Below are positions 1 to 9,494 of a DNA stretch of 63,117 nucleotides, piece after piece (the stretch's first letter is position 1; every line of letters starts with the position of its first letter). Below the pieces are notes generated by a model. It searched no databases. It worked only from the letters and a program-made list of their open reading frames with translations, and had not been told where the DNA came from. Origin of the DNA: Thermodesulfobacteriota bacterium. Its GTDB lineage: Bacteria > Desulfobacterota > Anaeroferrophillalia > Anaeroferrophillales > Tharpellaceae. The stretch is from the NCBI GenBank assembly GCA_024762675.1, contig JANTGZ010000002.1, positions 1 to 63,117 on the forward strand, written 5' to 3'. The translations under genes and the position numbers were made by a program.

Positions 1-719
1 CCATCGAGAGGGTAGTCAGTCTGGCTTGCGAGATCCTCTTTTAAACTTTCTGTGTTGGTTAACAGCTCTTTGCCTGAGCCCTGCCATCGGGGCAGTTTTT
101 TATAAGGAACAAAAAGAACCGCACCGGCTTTAAGAGCTTTCTCCGCATATGGATTCAGGGTGTCGGAGTTGATAATGCCGACGACCAGATTGCGCGGGTG
201 TTCAAAGTGGGCTGCCAGATACTCTTCAAAATAGGAAGTTGTAATAACAATCTCTCCCAGTCCCTGGCCCCGGCCGCCTAAGGCGACCACCCCTTTAGCG
301 AAAGCCGAACTGATCTCATAGCCGGTTTCGCCATTGCCGCGGGTTGCAAAAATCCGCCCATCGTCACGGGCGGCGAGGCCGTCTAGTTTAGGGGTTAAGC
401 GAAAGCCGGGGATCGGAAGGTGGTTTTCGGCGGCGCTTTTTTTAGCGCGCTCTATAAAACGAGCCAAAGCTTCTTTTGTGTAAGCTTTCTCGGTTGAGAG
501 CATTGGCTGTGGATGGCGGACTTCGCGACGGTCGGAGAACTTCTCCGGTTCGACCTGGTGTAGAAAGGGGTGTTTCGGCGAGAGGTTTCGTAACTCTTCA
601 ACCAGATTGTCATATTCGGTGTCACTGATCAGAGGTTTACCTAGACGGTAGGCGTGGTTATATTTCTGTAGTTTTTCGACAAGTAGTTCCAGCTGGTCAT
701 TTTTCTCTTGCGCTTGCAT
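1..719 (-). CDS. NAD+-dependent DNA ligase, N-terminal part (gene runs off the window)
   Basis: Own translation of the minus strand from ATG at 719: MQAQEKNDQLELLVEKLQKYNHAYRLGKPLISDTEYDNLVEEL...TPKLDGLAARDDGRIFATRGNGETG. It shows the LigA-type N-terminal ISDxEYD region and the KxDG adenylation motif. GAGGA lies ~10 nt upstream. Absent from the ORF track because it is truncated. Confidence 0.7.
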   Translation of the reverse strand, partial: MQAQEKNDQLELLVEKLQKYNHAYRLGKPLISDTEYDNLVEELRNLSPKHPFLHQVEPEKFSDRREVRHPQPMLSTEKAYTKEALARFIERAKKSAAENHLPIPGFRLTPKLDGLAARDDGRIFATRGNGETGYEISSAFAKGVVALGGRGQGLGEIVITTSYFEEYLAAHFEHPRNLVVGIINSDTLNPYAEKALKAGAVLFVPYKKLPRWQGSGKELLTNTESLKEDLASQTDYPLD

Positions 720-787
720 GGGTTCTTCATTCCTCAATTGGTCAAAATCTGATGATTGAAATCAGTCATCAGCCGACTTTCTTCGAT

Positions 788-2098
788 TTAGAAACCAGTT
801 TTTATCTGCTTCTGGCTGTTAGTGCCGGAGTTGATTTCGTTAAGAGAGTAACGCTTTTTATTCTTGAAAATAATAGGATATAGCTGTTTCGAAAACTCAC
901 CATCTTTACTGACCGCGGTTATGCTGGTTACCAGTTTGAGGGGCGGCAGTTTGAGCAGGGCTTCGGAGATGGTGGCGGCCCTGCCGCTGTTAATCAGCTC
1001 CCGGGCTTGGTTGAGAATTGTGATGGTATCGTAAGCGTAGGCATCATAGATAGAGGCTGGTTCTTGGTAGGTTTCCAGGTAGAGATTTTGGTAGTTGAGG
1101 GCCTTTGGCGACGGCTTGGGAAGATTGAGAGATATGTCTAAAAAAATCGCTTCTTCAAGGTCGGCTCCAGCCTCATTTTCGAGGCGGCTGTCATTGCCGC
1201 CTCGCGTGCCGTAAATTTGGCATCGGTCCAGGCCGTGAAAGGTTAGCTGGGGTATGAGAAGTCGCAGGCGAGGGTAGAACTCGGCAATGACCAGAGCTGT
1301 AAATGGATAGTTTGGTATTTGCTGGTCAGTTGCGGGGCTGGAATTGTCCTGTAGGTTTTCAATGGCTGAACTGAAGTCTGTGTTGTGAGGGTTATAGGTG
1401 CCAGTCTTGACAATTGCGGTTTCACCGTTGCGGCATGAATTATTGAAGGCGGCTTTGAAGTCATCGCCAAAGCCGTTATCAGGGTGGAGGAGGCCAACCC
1501 TTTTTTCACCTCTTTGTCGGAGAAATCGAGCCATTTCCCGGGCTTGGTTGGCGGCGCTTAAAAAATGCTGAAAGACATTCTTCCCGAGGCTGGTTATCTG
1601 AGGTTGCGGGGCCCAAAGAATAATCGGCAGTCGGCACTCAATGGCTTTTTCTGCCGCAGACTGAGCCAGTTTACTTTGAACTGGGCCTAAGATAATAGTT
1701 GCATGATCTTCCTTTAGTTGTTTAATGGCTGCAGCAGGAGGGGTTTTGGCTGAATCGACTGGCGCCAGGTGCCATCTGTGGTTGTTATTGGTTATGCCGG
1801 GTTTCAGGGCGAGTGTGAGACCTCGTTGAAAGCGCCGGCCGATTGCTGAATACTCACCAGAAATCGGCAGAAATACGCCAATCGTCCAACCCTTGTCAGT
1901 GTCCGGCAGAGGGCGGCTTTGTCGTGAAGGATATGGGGCTGCGGTCTGGTTTTGTTTTTTTGTTACAGTTTGTTGCGGACGCACCAATTCTCCGTCGGAG
2001 CTTATAGCTTCAGTTGAAGAAACTGTCGCGGCAAGCAAGAGAAAGGCAGAGGTTATGGCGACGAAAATTTTGCTTGTCTTGGCAATCAACTTTATCAC
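788..2098 (-). CDS. Secreted type-1 periplasmic binding protein (LivK/LpoA-like fold)
   Basis: 436 aa with an N-terminal signal peptide (FVAITSAFLLLAATVSSTEA). The segment GVFLPISGEYSAIGRRFQRGLTLAL is typical of Leu/Ile/Val-type binding proteins and the LpoA C-domain. Confidence 0.5.
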   Translation of the reverse strand: MIKLIAKTSKIFVAITSAFLLLAATVSSTEAISSDGELVRPQQTVTKKQNQTAAPYPSRQSRPLPDTDKGWTIGVFLPISGEYSAIGRRFQRGLTLALKPGITNNNHRWHLAPVDSAKTPPAAAIKQLKEDHATIILGPVQSKLAQSAAEKAIECRLPIILWAPQPQITSLGKNVFQHFLSAANQAREMARFLRQRGEKRVGLLHPDNGFGDDFKAAFNNSCRNGETAIVKTGTYNPHNTDFSSAIENLQDNSSPATDQQIPNYPFTALVIAEFYPRLRLLIPQLTFHGLDRCQIYGTRGGNDSRLENEAGADLEEAIFLDISLNLPKPSPKALNYQNLYLETYQEPASIYDAYAYDTITILNQARELINSGRAATISEALLKLPPLKLVTSITAVSKDGEFSKQLYPIIFKNKKRYSLNEINSGTNSQKQIKTGF

Positions 2099-2204
2099 AG
2101 TTTGTAACCGCCGATATTTGTTTGTGTTTGTTTAGACTTGTAGTGATTTTTCTGCTCTGCTGTCAACTGCTTTTCTTGATTTTGGTTAATGGAGATAGGG
2201 TTTT

Positions 2205-2915
2205 ATGAATATCGTGATTGTTGAGGATGTGGATTTTGTTGGTGAACGGCGGGTTGTTCTGGGTGGACGACGAGCCGCCCACATTGTTAATGTTTTGAAG
2301 GCGCAGGTTGGTGATCGCTTGCGCGTTGGTCGCTTGAATGGTGACTTCGGTTTCGGTGTGATCTCTGAAATTGCCAACTTGAGGGTCGAGCTTGAGGTTG
2401 ATCTTGACCGCTCTCCGCCGCCGCCATTACCGGTTAGTCTTTTGCTGGCCCTGCCTCGCCCCAAGGTTCTCAAGAGAGTGTTGGCGGCAGCCGTGACTAT
2501 GGGAGTTAAGGAGATCTTTATCTTTAACTCCTGGCGGGTCGAGAAAAGTTATTGGCAGAGCCCCTGGCTTGGCCCCGAGAGGTTGCGTGAAGTCAGTCTT
2601 TTGGCGCTTGAACAGGCCTGTGATACGAGGTTGCCTGAAATTTTTCTTAAACCTCGTTTTCGACCCTTTGTTGAGGATGAGGTTCCGATTATGGCTAGGG
2701 ATCGAGATGCCTGGTTGTTGCACCCGCAAACCGGGAGCGGATTTCCGGAAATTTCGAGCAGTGCACCTTCGTTGATAGCGGTTGGTCCAGAGGGTGGTTT
2801 TATCCCTTTTGAATTGGAGATGCTGACTGCTGCCGGGTTTGCAATGGTTTCCTTCGGCCCTAGAACCCTGCGGGTGGAGCAGGCAGTGCCTGCAATCCTT
2901 GGTCGTTTTCTTTAG
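2205..2915 (+). CDS. rsmE: 16S rRNA (uracil1498-N3)-methyltransferase RsmE (SPOUT family)
   Basis: 236 aa. PUA-like N-terminus (HIVNVLKAQVGDRLRVGRLNG) and a C-terminal knot motif AVGPEGGF..E...L.....FGPRTLRVEQA. Confidence 0.8.
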   Translation: MNIVIVEDVDFVGERRVVLGGRRAAHIVNVLKAQVGDRLRVGRLNGDFGFGVISEIANLRVELEVDLDRSPPPPLPVSLLLALPRPKVLKRVLAAAVTMGVKEIFIFNSWRVEKSYWQSPWLGPERLREVSLLALEQACDTRLPEIFLKPRFRPFVEDEVPIMARDRDAWLLHPQTGSGFPEISSSAPSLIAVGPEGGFIPFELEMLTAAGFAMVSFGPRTLRVEQAVPAILGRFL

Positions 2916-3068
2916 TGAAATGTTGGGGCGGCTTTGTGTCGGCCCATGTGTTGCTCGTTTGTTGGCTCTAGTGGTTGCCCGGCTCCAACCATGGGGCCAT
3001 TTTTTTGTGAGTGACCGATAAAGTTGATTGCAAGTCATTTTTTAAATTAAAAAAAACTTTTTTTCTCC

Positions 3069-3097
3069 TTGACAAAGGCTGCAGGGGGAGGTAACAA
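3069..3097 (+). promoter_or_regulatory. Candidate dcw (mraZ) promoter
   Basis: TTGACA at 3069-3074, a 17-nt spacer, then a weak -10 TAACAA at 3092-3097. An A/T-rich tract (3040-3065) precedes it. The TTG used by the ORF track as the mraZ start is the first half of this -35 hexamer. Confidence 0.4.
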
Positions 3098-3098
3098 G

Positions 3099-3123
3099 GT
3101 GGGAGAAAGTGGTAGATTGTGGG
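3099..3123 (+). promoter_or_regulatory. MraZ operator: three direct GTGG(G/T) repeats with 10-bp phasing
   Basis: GTGGG at 3099, GTGGT at 3109 and GTGGG at 3119, each exactly 10 bp apart. They sit between the putative -10 and the mraZ start. MraZ is known to bind phased direct repeats of this type upstream of its own operon. Confidence 0.6.
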
Positions 3124-3158
3124 TTAAATATCCTCCTTTGCAGAGGGTGGTGGTTGAG

Positions 3159-3629
3159 ATGTCTTTTCGCGGTCGTTATGAATATTCCCTTGATACCAAA
3201 GGGCGGCTCAATATTCCAGCTAAATTTCGGGAGATCCTGGTTCAGGAGTATAACTCTGAGTTGGTGGTCACGACTGCTCTGGAGGGTTGTCTCGATTGTT
3301 TCCCGCTTGCTGTATGGACTGAGGTTGAAGAGAAACTTAATGCCCTGCCTTCGAGCCGTGTTGAAGTTAAGCGTTTTAAGCGTTTCTATATCTCCGGTGC
3401 GGTAGAATGTTCTCTCGATAAACAGGGCCGTGTGTTATTGCCGCCGACTTTACGCAGTTGGGCCGGGCTTGACCGGAAAGATAACAATGTCGTCATTGCC
3501 GGGCAGATAAATAAGCTGGAATTATGGAGTCAGGAGCGTTGGAGTATTGAGCAGGAAGACACTACCGGTTCATCTGAAGCTATTAAAGGGATTGTCGGGG
3601 TTCTGGAAGAGCTCGGTGTCTCAATCTAG
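3159..3629 (+). CDS. mraZ: Transcriptional regulator MraZ
   Basis: MSFRGRYEYSLDTKGRLNIPAKFRE... matches the two SpoVT/AbrB-like halves of MraZ. ATG at 3159 is preferred over the upstream TTG at 3069. Confidence 0.9.
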   Translation: MSFRGRYEYSLDTKGRLNIPAKFREILVQEYNSELVVTTALEGCLDCFPLAVWTEVEEKLNALPSSRVEVKRFKRFYISGAVECSLDKQGRVLLPPTLRSWAGLDRKDNNVVIAGQINKLELWSQERWSIEQEDTTGSSEAIKGIVGVLEELGVSI

Positions 3630-3702
3630 TTGGCGTTCACTGGAAAGACCTTTGGACTGAACATTATTTTTGCCGGAAGTTGAGCTGGGGTCGGAGTTGC
3701 TG

Positions 3703-4644
3703 ATGGAACATATTCCGGTTCTTCTAAAAGAGAGTATCGATATCCTCTTGGCCGGTAAAGGGGTTGTCGGTGGCGAAGGAGTGCTTGTTGACGCAACCTT
3801 TGGCGGCGGTGGTCATAGTCGAGGTTTGCTGGAAAGCAGTGCTCCCGGGGTTTCGGTGGTGGCTGTTGATCGTGATCCTGAAGCCGTATTAAGAGGCCAG
3901 GCCCTGATTTCGGAGTTTGCCTATCGTTTCAGGTTGCTGGCGGGGAATTATGCTGATTTGACTCGGTTGCTTGATGATGCCGGGATCGGCAAGATAGATG
4001 GCCTGCTGCTTGATATCGGCCTCTCAAGCTATCAGCTTGAAGAGGGCGGTCGAGGCTTCAGTTTCCAGTCTGAGGGGCCGTTGGATATGCGCATGGATCC
4101 GACAACGGGAGAGCCGGCGGCCATGATTGTCAACCAGGCCGACTGCAAAACCCTGACCAAAATTTTTCGTGATTTTGGAGAAGAGCCCTATGCCGCGGCT
4201 ATCGCTCGTAAGATTGTTGAAAGTCGCTCCCAAAAACCATTTTTGACGACTCGCTCACTGGCGGCCCTGATCGAAGAGATGGTGCCGGTCTACAAACATT
4301 CCCGTCGCCATCCCGCTACCCGAGTTTTCCAGGCTCTACGCATTTCCGTTAATGATGAGCTTAGCGCTCTTAGGCGGGTTCTTGAAGCCGGCCTTGAACG
4401 CCTTGAGTGCGGTGCCCGTATGGTGGTCATCTCCTATCACTCTCTCGAAGATCGTCTGGTCAAACAGGTTTTTCGACAGGCCTCTAAAGGCTGTGTCTGT
4501 CCACCGCGGGTTCCGGTTTGTGGTTGCGGCCAAAAGCAGAGGGTTAAAATTCTGACCGGTCGGGGAGTTCGTCCCCAAGACTCGGAAATAGCTCTCAACC
4601 CTCGTAGCCGCAGTGCATGCTTGCGGGCAATAGAGTTATTGTAG
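3703..4644 (+). CDS. rsmH: 16S rRNA (cytosine1402-N4)-methyltransferase RsmH/MraW
   Basis: MEHIPVLLKESIDIL..., DATFGGGGHS, LLDIGLSSYQLE, GPLDMRMD and ISYHSLEDRLVK are canonical RsmH motifs. ATG at 3703 is preferred to TTG at 3670. Confidence 0.9.
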   Translation: MEHIPVLLKESIDILLAGKGVVGGEGVLVDATFGGGGHSRGLLESSAPGVSVVAVDRDPEAVLRGQALISEFAYRFRLLAGNYADLTRLLDDAGIGKIDGLLLDIGLSSYQLEEGGRGFSFQSEGPLDMRMDPTTGEPAAMIVNQADCKTLTKIFRDFGEEPYAAAIARKIVESRSQKPFLTTRSLAALIEEMVPVYKHSRRHPATRVFQALRISVNDELSALRRVLEAGLERLECGARMVVISYHSLEDRLVKQVFRQASKGCVCPPRVPVCGCGQKQRVKILTGRGVRPQDSEIALNPRSRSACLRAIELL

Positions 4645-4653
4645 GGTGTTTTT

Positions 4654-4938
4654 GTGGCTGCGAAAAAAGGCCACCAATCTCAGTGGAGTTGGCTCAATAG
4701 TTGTCTGCTGGTGGTTATGGTGGGGATGATCTTTTATTGTTCCTGGCTCAACAACAAGATTGTGGCCCGGGGTTACCAGCTGAATGATTTGCGGAAAGAG
4801 GAAAAAAACCTCATTGAGGAAAAAGACAAACTGCAGGCCGAATTGGCGACCTTGAAGAGGCCACAGAATCTGGCTCGTCTGGCCCGTTTACTGGGCCTTA
4901 AAGAGCCTCGGCCCGGGCACAAGATGGTTTTACCATGA
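4654..4938 (+). CDS. ftsL: Cell division protein FtsL-like
   Basis: 94 aa with a single TM helix followed by a coiled coil (LRKEEKNLIEEKDKLQAELATLK). Its position between rsmH and ftsI fits FtsL. ATGA overlap with ftsI. Confidence 0.65.
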   Translation: MAAKKGHQSQWSWLNSCLLVVMVGMIFYCSWLNNKIVARGYQLNDLRKEEKNLIEEKDKLQAELATLKRPQNLARLARLLGLKEPRPGHKMVLP

Positions 4939-6938
4939 AGCGTACAAAACGCGAATCCAAAAAAGAACGACGTCGTTTGCGGCTACGAATAGGGTTGGTA
5001 GCCGGCGTCGTCGTTTTTAGTTTGGTCGCGGTTGTCGTTCGCGCCTATTTTTTGCAAATTGTAAAACACGAATACTATTTGGCTCGGCAGCAGCAGCAGC
5101 GCAGTTCAAGTTTGCTGATTAATTGCGAAAGAGGGCAGATTCTAGCGGCTGACGGCGGACGTTTGGCAGTTAATGTCAAAGGGAGCTCTCTATGTGCCGA
5201 GCCCCGGCGGATTGAGGATGGGAAGCGTATTGCCAAAGGGTTGGCGCCAATTTTAAAGGTCAAAGCCTCAACTTTAGAGAGGCGTCTGAGCGGCAAGCGG
5301 GGGTTTGTCTGGCTTAAACGTTCTTTGACCCCGCCCCAGGTAGAGGCTTTGAAGCCCTGGTGTGAGCGAGAGCAGGGTTTGGCTTTTTTAAAAGAGAACC
5401 AGCGGGTTTACCCTAACCGAGCTCTTGCCGGTCAGGTGTTGGGTTTTACAAATATCGATTGCCAGGGGCAGGAGGGTCTTGAACGTCATTACGAAGAGTA
5501 TCTTAAGGGACGTCAGCTCTACCTTGAGTTGGAGCATGATGCTCGGCGTCAGGTAGTTGAGAGTTCTCAATACCCGGAACTCGATTACTATAAAGGTAAA
5601 ACCGTCTATTTGACCATCGATCGACATCTGCAGGCTTTAGCCGAGCAGGAGCTTGAGACGGCGGTCACTGAAAGTCGGGGCAAAGGCGGTATCGCTCTGA
5701 TTATGAACTCAGGTGACGGTTCTATCCTGGCAATGGCTCAATATCCACGTTTTAATCCCAACAGTAAACGGAAAAATAATCCGGCTTTGTGGCGTAATCG
5801 GGCGGTGGCTGACCTCTTGGAGCCGGGTTCAACCTTCAAGGTTTTTACCTTGGTAGCGGCTCTGGAATCAGGTCTTTTCAAGATTGATGATCTCATTGAC
5901 TGTGAAGAGGGAAACTATAAAGTCGGGCGCCGCACAATTCACGATACCCACGAATATGGTCTTTTGCGTCTCGATGAAGTGCTTAAGTATTCCAGTAATA
6001 TTGGTTGTTCGAAGATCGTTGATCGAGTCGGAGCTGAGCGTTTTAACACGGTTTTGAAAAATTTCGGGTTCGGTTCTCGTAGCGGTATAGATTTTCCTCA
6101 TGAGCCCTCCAGTCGTTTACGTCCCTGGCGCAAGTGGCGACCGATTGATCTTAGTAATCTCGCTTTTGGCCAGGGAATCTCTATGACCTCAGTGCAACTT
6201 GTGGCCGCGTACGCGGCTCTGGCTAATGGCGGTTATCGGATAACCCCACATCTGGTTTCTAAGGTTGTCAACGGGGCTGGTTGGACGGTCTATGAATATC
6301 CGGCTAAAAAATCATCACGGCGGGCATGTAGTGCCGGGGTGGCGCAACAGATCGATCAGGCTTTAGCCCTGGTGGTAGAGGATGACGGTACCGCACCTAA
6401 AGCCCGTATTCCCGGTTTCAGGGTCGCTGGAAAAACCGGAACGGCGCAAAAATTTGATTTTACCAGGAAGAGTTATTCTCATAGTGATTACTGGGCTTCA
6501 TTTATCGGATATGTGGACCCACCGGCTGGTGAATCGCGTAAGGTTGTTTACGTGATGGTTGATGAACCTCGTAGTTCAATATATGGCGGTATAGTCGCGG
6601 CCCCGGCCTTTCAGCGTATCAACCGACGCCTGGCAAGTTATCTCAATTATGCTTCAAAAGCTGAATTCGCCAACTTGGAAATGCCGCTGACAGAGGGTAA
6701 TGTAGATCAGAAGGTAGAAGAGCATGGTGATGAAATAGCAGAAAATTTAACGCAAACGGCAAGGATTATGCCGGATTTTAGAGGTCAGACGATTCGGGAG
6801 GCGTTGGCTCTTGTCGGCGGTTACCGCAGAAGTGTCAAGATTTCGGGTCAGGGGCGGATCATTTCTCAAAAGCCCCTACCGGGAACCATGTTAGAGCCCG
6901 GACTTGATTTTGTTTTTCGCCTGAGTAGTGAGATCTGA
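4935..6938 (+). CDS. ftsI: Peptidoglycan D,D-transpeptidase FtsI (PBP3) with a C-terminal PASTA domain
   Basis: 667 aa with an N-terminal TM anchor. Transpeptidase motifs STFK (EPGSTFKVF), SSN (YSSNIG) and KTGT (AGKTGTAQ). The last ~56 aa (from 6768) look like a PASTA domain. Confidence 0.9.
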   Translation: MKRTKRESKKERRRLRLRIGLVAGVVVFSLVAVVVRAYFLQIVKHEYYLARQQQQRSSSLLINCERGQILAADGGRLAVNVKGSSLCAEPRRIEDGKRIAKGLAPILKVKASTLERRLSGKRGFVWLKRSLTPPQVEALKPWCEREQGLAFLKENQRVYPNRALAGQVLGFTNIDCQGQEGLERHYEEYLKGRQLYLELEHDARRQVVESSQYPELDYYKGKTVYLTIDRHLQALAEQELETAVTESRGKGGIALIMNSGDGSILAMAQYPRFNPNSKRKNNPALWRNRAVADLLEPGSTFKVFTLVAALESGLFKIDDLIDCEEGNYKVGRRTIHDTHEYGLLRLDEVLKYSSNIGCSKIVDRVGAERFNTVLKNFGFGSRSGIDFPHEPSSRLRPWRKWRPIDLSNLAFGQGISMTSVQLVAAYAALANGGYRITPHLVSKVVNGAGWTVYEYPAKKSSRRACSAGVAQQIDQALALVVEDDGTAPKARIPGFRVAGKTGTAQKFDFTRKSYSHSDYWASFIGYVDPPAGESRKVVYVMVDEPRSSIYGGIVAAPAFQRINRRLASYLNYASKAEFANLEMPLTEGNVDQKVEEHGDEIAENLTQTARIMPDFRGQTIREALALVGGYRRSVKISGQGRIISQKPLPGTMLEPGLDFVFRLSSEI

Positions 6939-6939
6939 A

Positions 6940-8418
6940 ATGAGTGAGAAAAGAAATCATTTTTGGAAACTTGGGCAGTTGGCCGACCTGCTTCAGGTGA
7001 AGGCCCTACCGACCTGTCGAGAGCTTGATTTTGATCTGACCGGGGTCACAATTGATAGCCGTAAACTTTGCCCTGGTGAACTTTTTATTGCTTTGCGGGG
7101 TGAGCGTTTCGACGGTCATGATTTTATCGATCAGGTGATTGCTAAAGGGGCTGCAGCGGTGGTGGTTGAAGAGGGGGCCGTAGGGCTTTTGAGTCTGGCT
7201 CAGCGCTATCCGCAGATCCTTTTTCTACCAGTCAAACAAAGTCTTAGTGCCTTGGCGACACTGGCCCAGGCACACCTGGAGAAGGTGGCGCCGGTCGTAA
7301 TTGCAGTGACCGGTTCAAACGGTAAAACAACAACCAAAGAGATGCTGGCACATCTTTTAGCTCCCCATTTTCGGGTTCATAAAACTGCAGGAAACTTCAA
7401 TAACCGGATCGGCCTGCCTTTGACCGTCTTGGCAATGCCGGACGATTGTCAGGTGGTAGTCCTTGAAATGGGTATGAATGAGCCTGGTGAAATTGCCACT
7501 CTGGCAGCCGTGGTGCGACCCGATTATGCTGTTTTGACCAATGTCGCTGCAGCCCATCTTCAGGGTCTGGGTTCTTTAGATGCAGTGGCCCGGGCCAAGT
7601 GTGAGGTGATCAGAGAGATTAAACCGGGCGGCTCTGTGATCTATAATGCTGATGACCCTTATCTTGCGCAAATGGTTCCGGCTGTCGTAAGCGAGCGTGT
7701 GCCAGATGGGATCGCTCTTTTGCCGGTTTCATTGCACGGGGCGTATGGGGAGTCGAGTAATTTAGTTAAAGCTTCGGAGATATGGTTGACTCCAGAGGGA
7801 TTAAGTTTTGTCTTTGTAAAGGGTGGTGAAAACGTGACTGTCAAATTGCCCTGCTGGGGCCGCCATAATGTTATGAATGCGGTTTTGGCCGCCGCCGCCG
7901 GTACTTGTTTGACGGGAGTAACACCTGTTTCTGTCGCCGAGGCATTGCAAAATTTTCAAAATTTGCCCGGCCGACTCGAAAAACATGTTCTTGGAAAAGG
8001 GACAGGAGTTTTGGTTCATGATGCCTATAATGCCAACCCCGATTCTATGGAAGCGGCTTTGACAGCGGTGGCCGAACGGCGGGAAAAGCGTTTCCTGGCG
8101 CTGATTTTAGGCGATATGAATGAGTTAGGTCAGGAGAGCCTATCTTTACACCAACGTATCGGGCGGCGGGTAGCTGAATTGCGACCCGATCTCCTGATTC
8201 TGCTGGGTTGTGCCATCAAAGATCTGGCGGCTGCCGCAAAGGATGCCGGTTTGCCGGCCAAGCGAGTCTTTATTTTTCCGGCAGGAGCTCAAGCTGAGGC
8301 CGTTAAATTATTGCAAGAGCGGCTACCGGCCGAACCTTTAGTGCTGGTTAAGGGGTCACGGGCCCTGGCTTTGGAAAAGATTATTGATCCTCTACTGAAC
8401 TATTTTGAGGCGGCTTGA
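6940..8418 (+). CDS. murF: UDP-MurNAc-tripeptide--D-Ala-D-Ala ligase MurF
   Basis: [49 protein letters not shown] and ILGDMNELG are MurF hallmarks, not MurE ones. ATG at 6940 lies just after the ftsI stop. Confidence 0.85.
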   Translation: MSEKRNHFWKLGQLADLLQVKALPTCRELDFDLTGVTIDSRKLCPGELFIALRGERFDGHDFIDQVIAKGAAAVVVEEGAVGLLSLAQRYPQILFLPVKQSLSALATLAQAHLEKVAPVVIAVTGSNGKTTTKEMLAHLLAPHFRVHKTAGNFNNRIGLPLTVLAMPDDCQVVVLEMGMNEPGEIATLAAVVRPDYAVLTNVAAAHLQGLGSLDAVARAKCEVIREIKPGGSVIYNADDPYLAQMVPAVVSERVPDGIALLPVSLHGAYGESSNLVKASEIWLTPEGLSFVFVKGGENVTVKLPCWGRHNVMNAVLAAAAGTCLTGVTPVSVAEALQNFQNLPGRLEKHVLGKGTGVLVHDAYNANPDSMEAALTAVAERREKRFLALILGDMNELGQESLSLHQRIGRRVAELRPDLLILLGCAIKDLAAAAKDAGLPAKRVFIFPAGAQAEAVKLLQERLPAEPLVLVKGSRALALEKIIDPLLNYFEAA

Positions 8419-9494
8419 TGCTTTACCATATTCTTTATCCACTGCATAATTTCTGGTCCGGCTTTAATGTTTTTCGCTACATTACCTTCCGAACCATCTA
8501 TGCCGCTCTGACCGCGTTGTTCCTGGCCTTTTATCTGGGCCCCAAGGTTATTGCCTGGCTTAAAGATCTCCAGATCGGGCAGGTGGTGCGAGAGGATGGT
8601 CCGCAAAGTCATCAGGTCAAGACCGGGACGCCAACTATGGGCGGCGTCCTGATCATCTTTTCGGTTGCGGTTGCTACCCTGCTCTGGGCTGACCTGAGGG
8701 AAATCTATGTCTGGTTGGTTCTGGCCGTGGTTTTAAGTTTTGGTGCGATCGGTTTTGTCGATGATTATCGGAAACTGGTCAAAGGCAATTCGACCGGTCT
8801 CTCCGCCCGTCAGAAACTGGCAGCCCAATTTATTGTTGCTTTGATTTTTGCGATTATAGTCTATCTTTTACCGGGCTACTCAACGACCCTGACGGTGCCT
8901 TTTTTAAAGCGTCTTTTACCCGATTTCGGGGTTTTCTATATTCCGTTCATGGCGATAGTTGTAGTTGGGACATCAAATGCAGTTAATCTGACTGATGGTC
9001 TTGACGGTCTCGCCACCGGGCCTTCCCTGGTTGCCTTTGCCGTCTATATGATCTTCAGTTATGTCGCCGGTCATCGTTTGCTGGCCGAATATCTGCAGAT
9101 TCAGTATGTCGTCGGGGTTGGCGAAACGGCCGTTTTCTGTGGTGCGATGATCGGCGCTGCTTTAGGTTTTCTCTGGTTCAATACCTATCCGGCGGCGATC
9201 TTTATGGGTGATGTTGGTTCCCTGGCCCTGGGCGCCGGTCTTGGGGCGGTGGCGGCGGTTACCAAACAGGAGATTCTGCTTTTTCTGGTTGGCGGCATTT
9301 TTGTTTTAGAGACTTTGTCGGTGATTATCCAGGTGGCCTCTTTTAAGTTGACCGGTAAACGGGTCTTTCGCATGGCCCCTTTGCATCACCATTTTGAACT
9401 TAAAGGCTGGGCTGAGCCCAAGGTGATTGTCAGATTTTGGATTATCGCCCTGATTCTGGCTCTTTTTGCCCTGAGTACATTGAAGTTAAGATGA
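8415..9494 (+). CDS. mraY: Phospho-MurNAc-pentapeptide translocase MraY
   Basis: 359 aa polytopic protein with [30 protein letters not shown] and PLHHHFE motifs. Confidence 0.95.
   Translation: MMLYHILYPLHNFWSGFNVFRYITFRTIYAALTALFLAFYLGPKVIAWLKDLQIGQVVREDGPQSHQVKTGTPTMGGVLIIFSVAVATLLWADLREIYVWLVLAVVLSFGAIGFVDDYRKLVKGNSTGLSARQKLAAQFIVALIFAIIVYLLPGYSTTLTVPFLKRLLPDFGVFYIPFMAIVVVGTSNAVNLTDGLDGLATGPSLVAFAVYMIFSYVAGHRLLAEYLQIQYVVGVGETAVFCGAMIGAALGFLWFNTYPAAIFMGDVGSLALGAGLGAVAAVTKQEILLFLVGGIFVLETLSVIIQVASFKLTGKRVFRMAPLHHHFELKGWAEPKVIVRFWIIALILALFALSTLKLR

Noticed and set aside
2427-3038. 203-aa minus-strand ORF
   Set aside because: It is antisense to rsmE, with Arg/Ser/Gly-rich low-complexity composition typical of shadow ORFs in a GC-biased coding region.
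3069-3158. Long N-terminal extension of MraZ from TTG 3069
   Set aside because: The TTG is part of a TTGACA -35 hexamer, and the extension would cover the MraZ operator repeats. The conserved MraZ N-terminus begins at the ATG at 3159.
6928-8418. Calling this Mur ligase MurE because of its position after ftsI and its ~490-aa length
   Set aside because: The sequence motifs are those of MurF ([27 protein letters not shown]). The MurE DNPR motif is absent.
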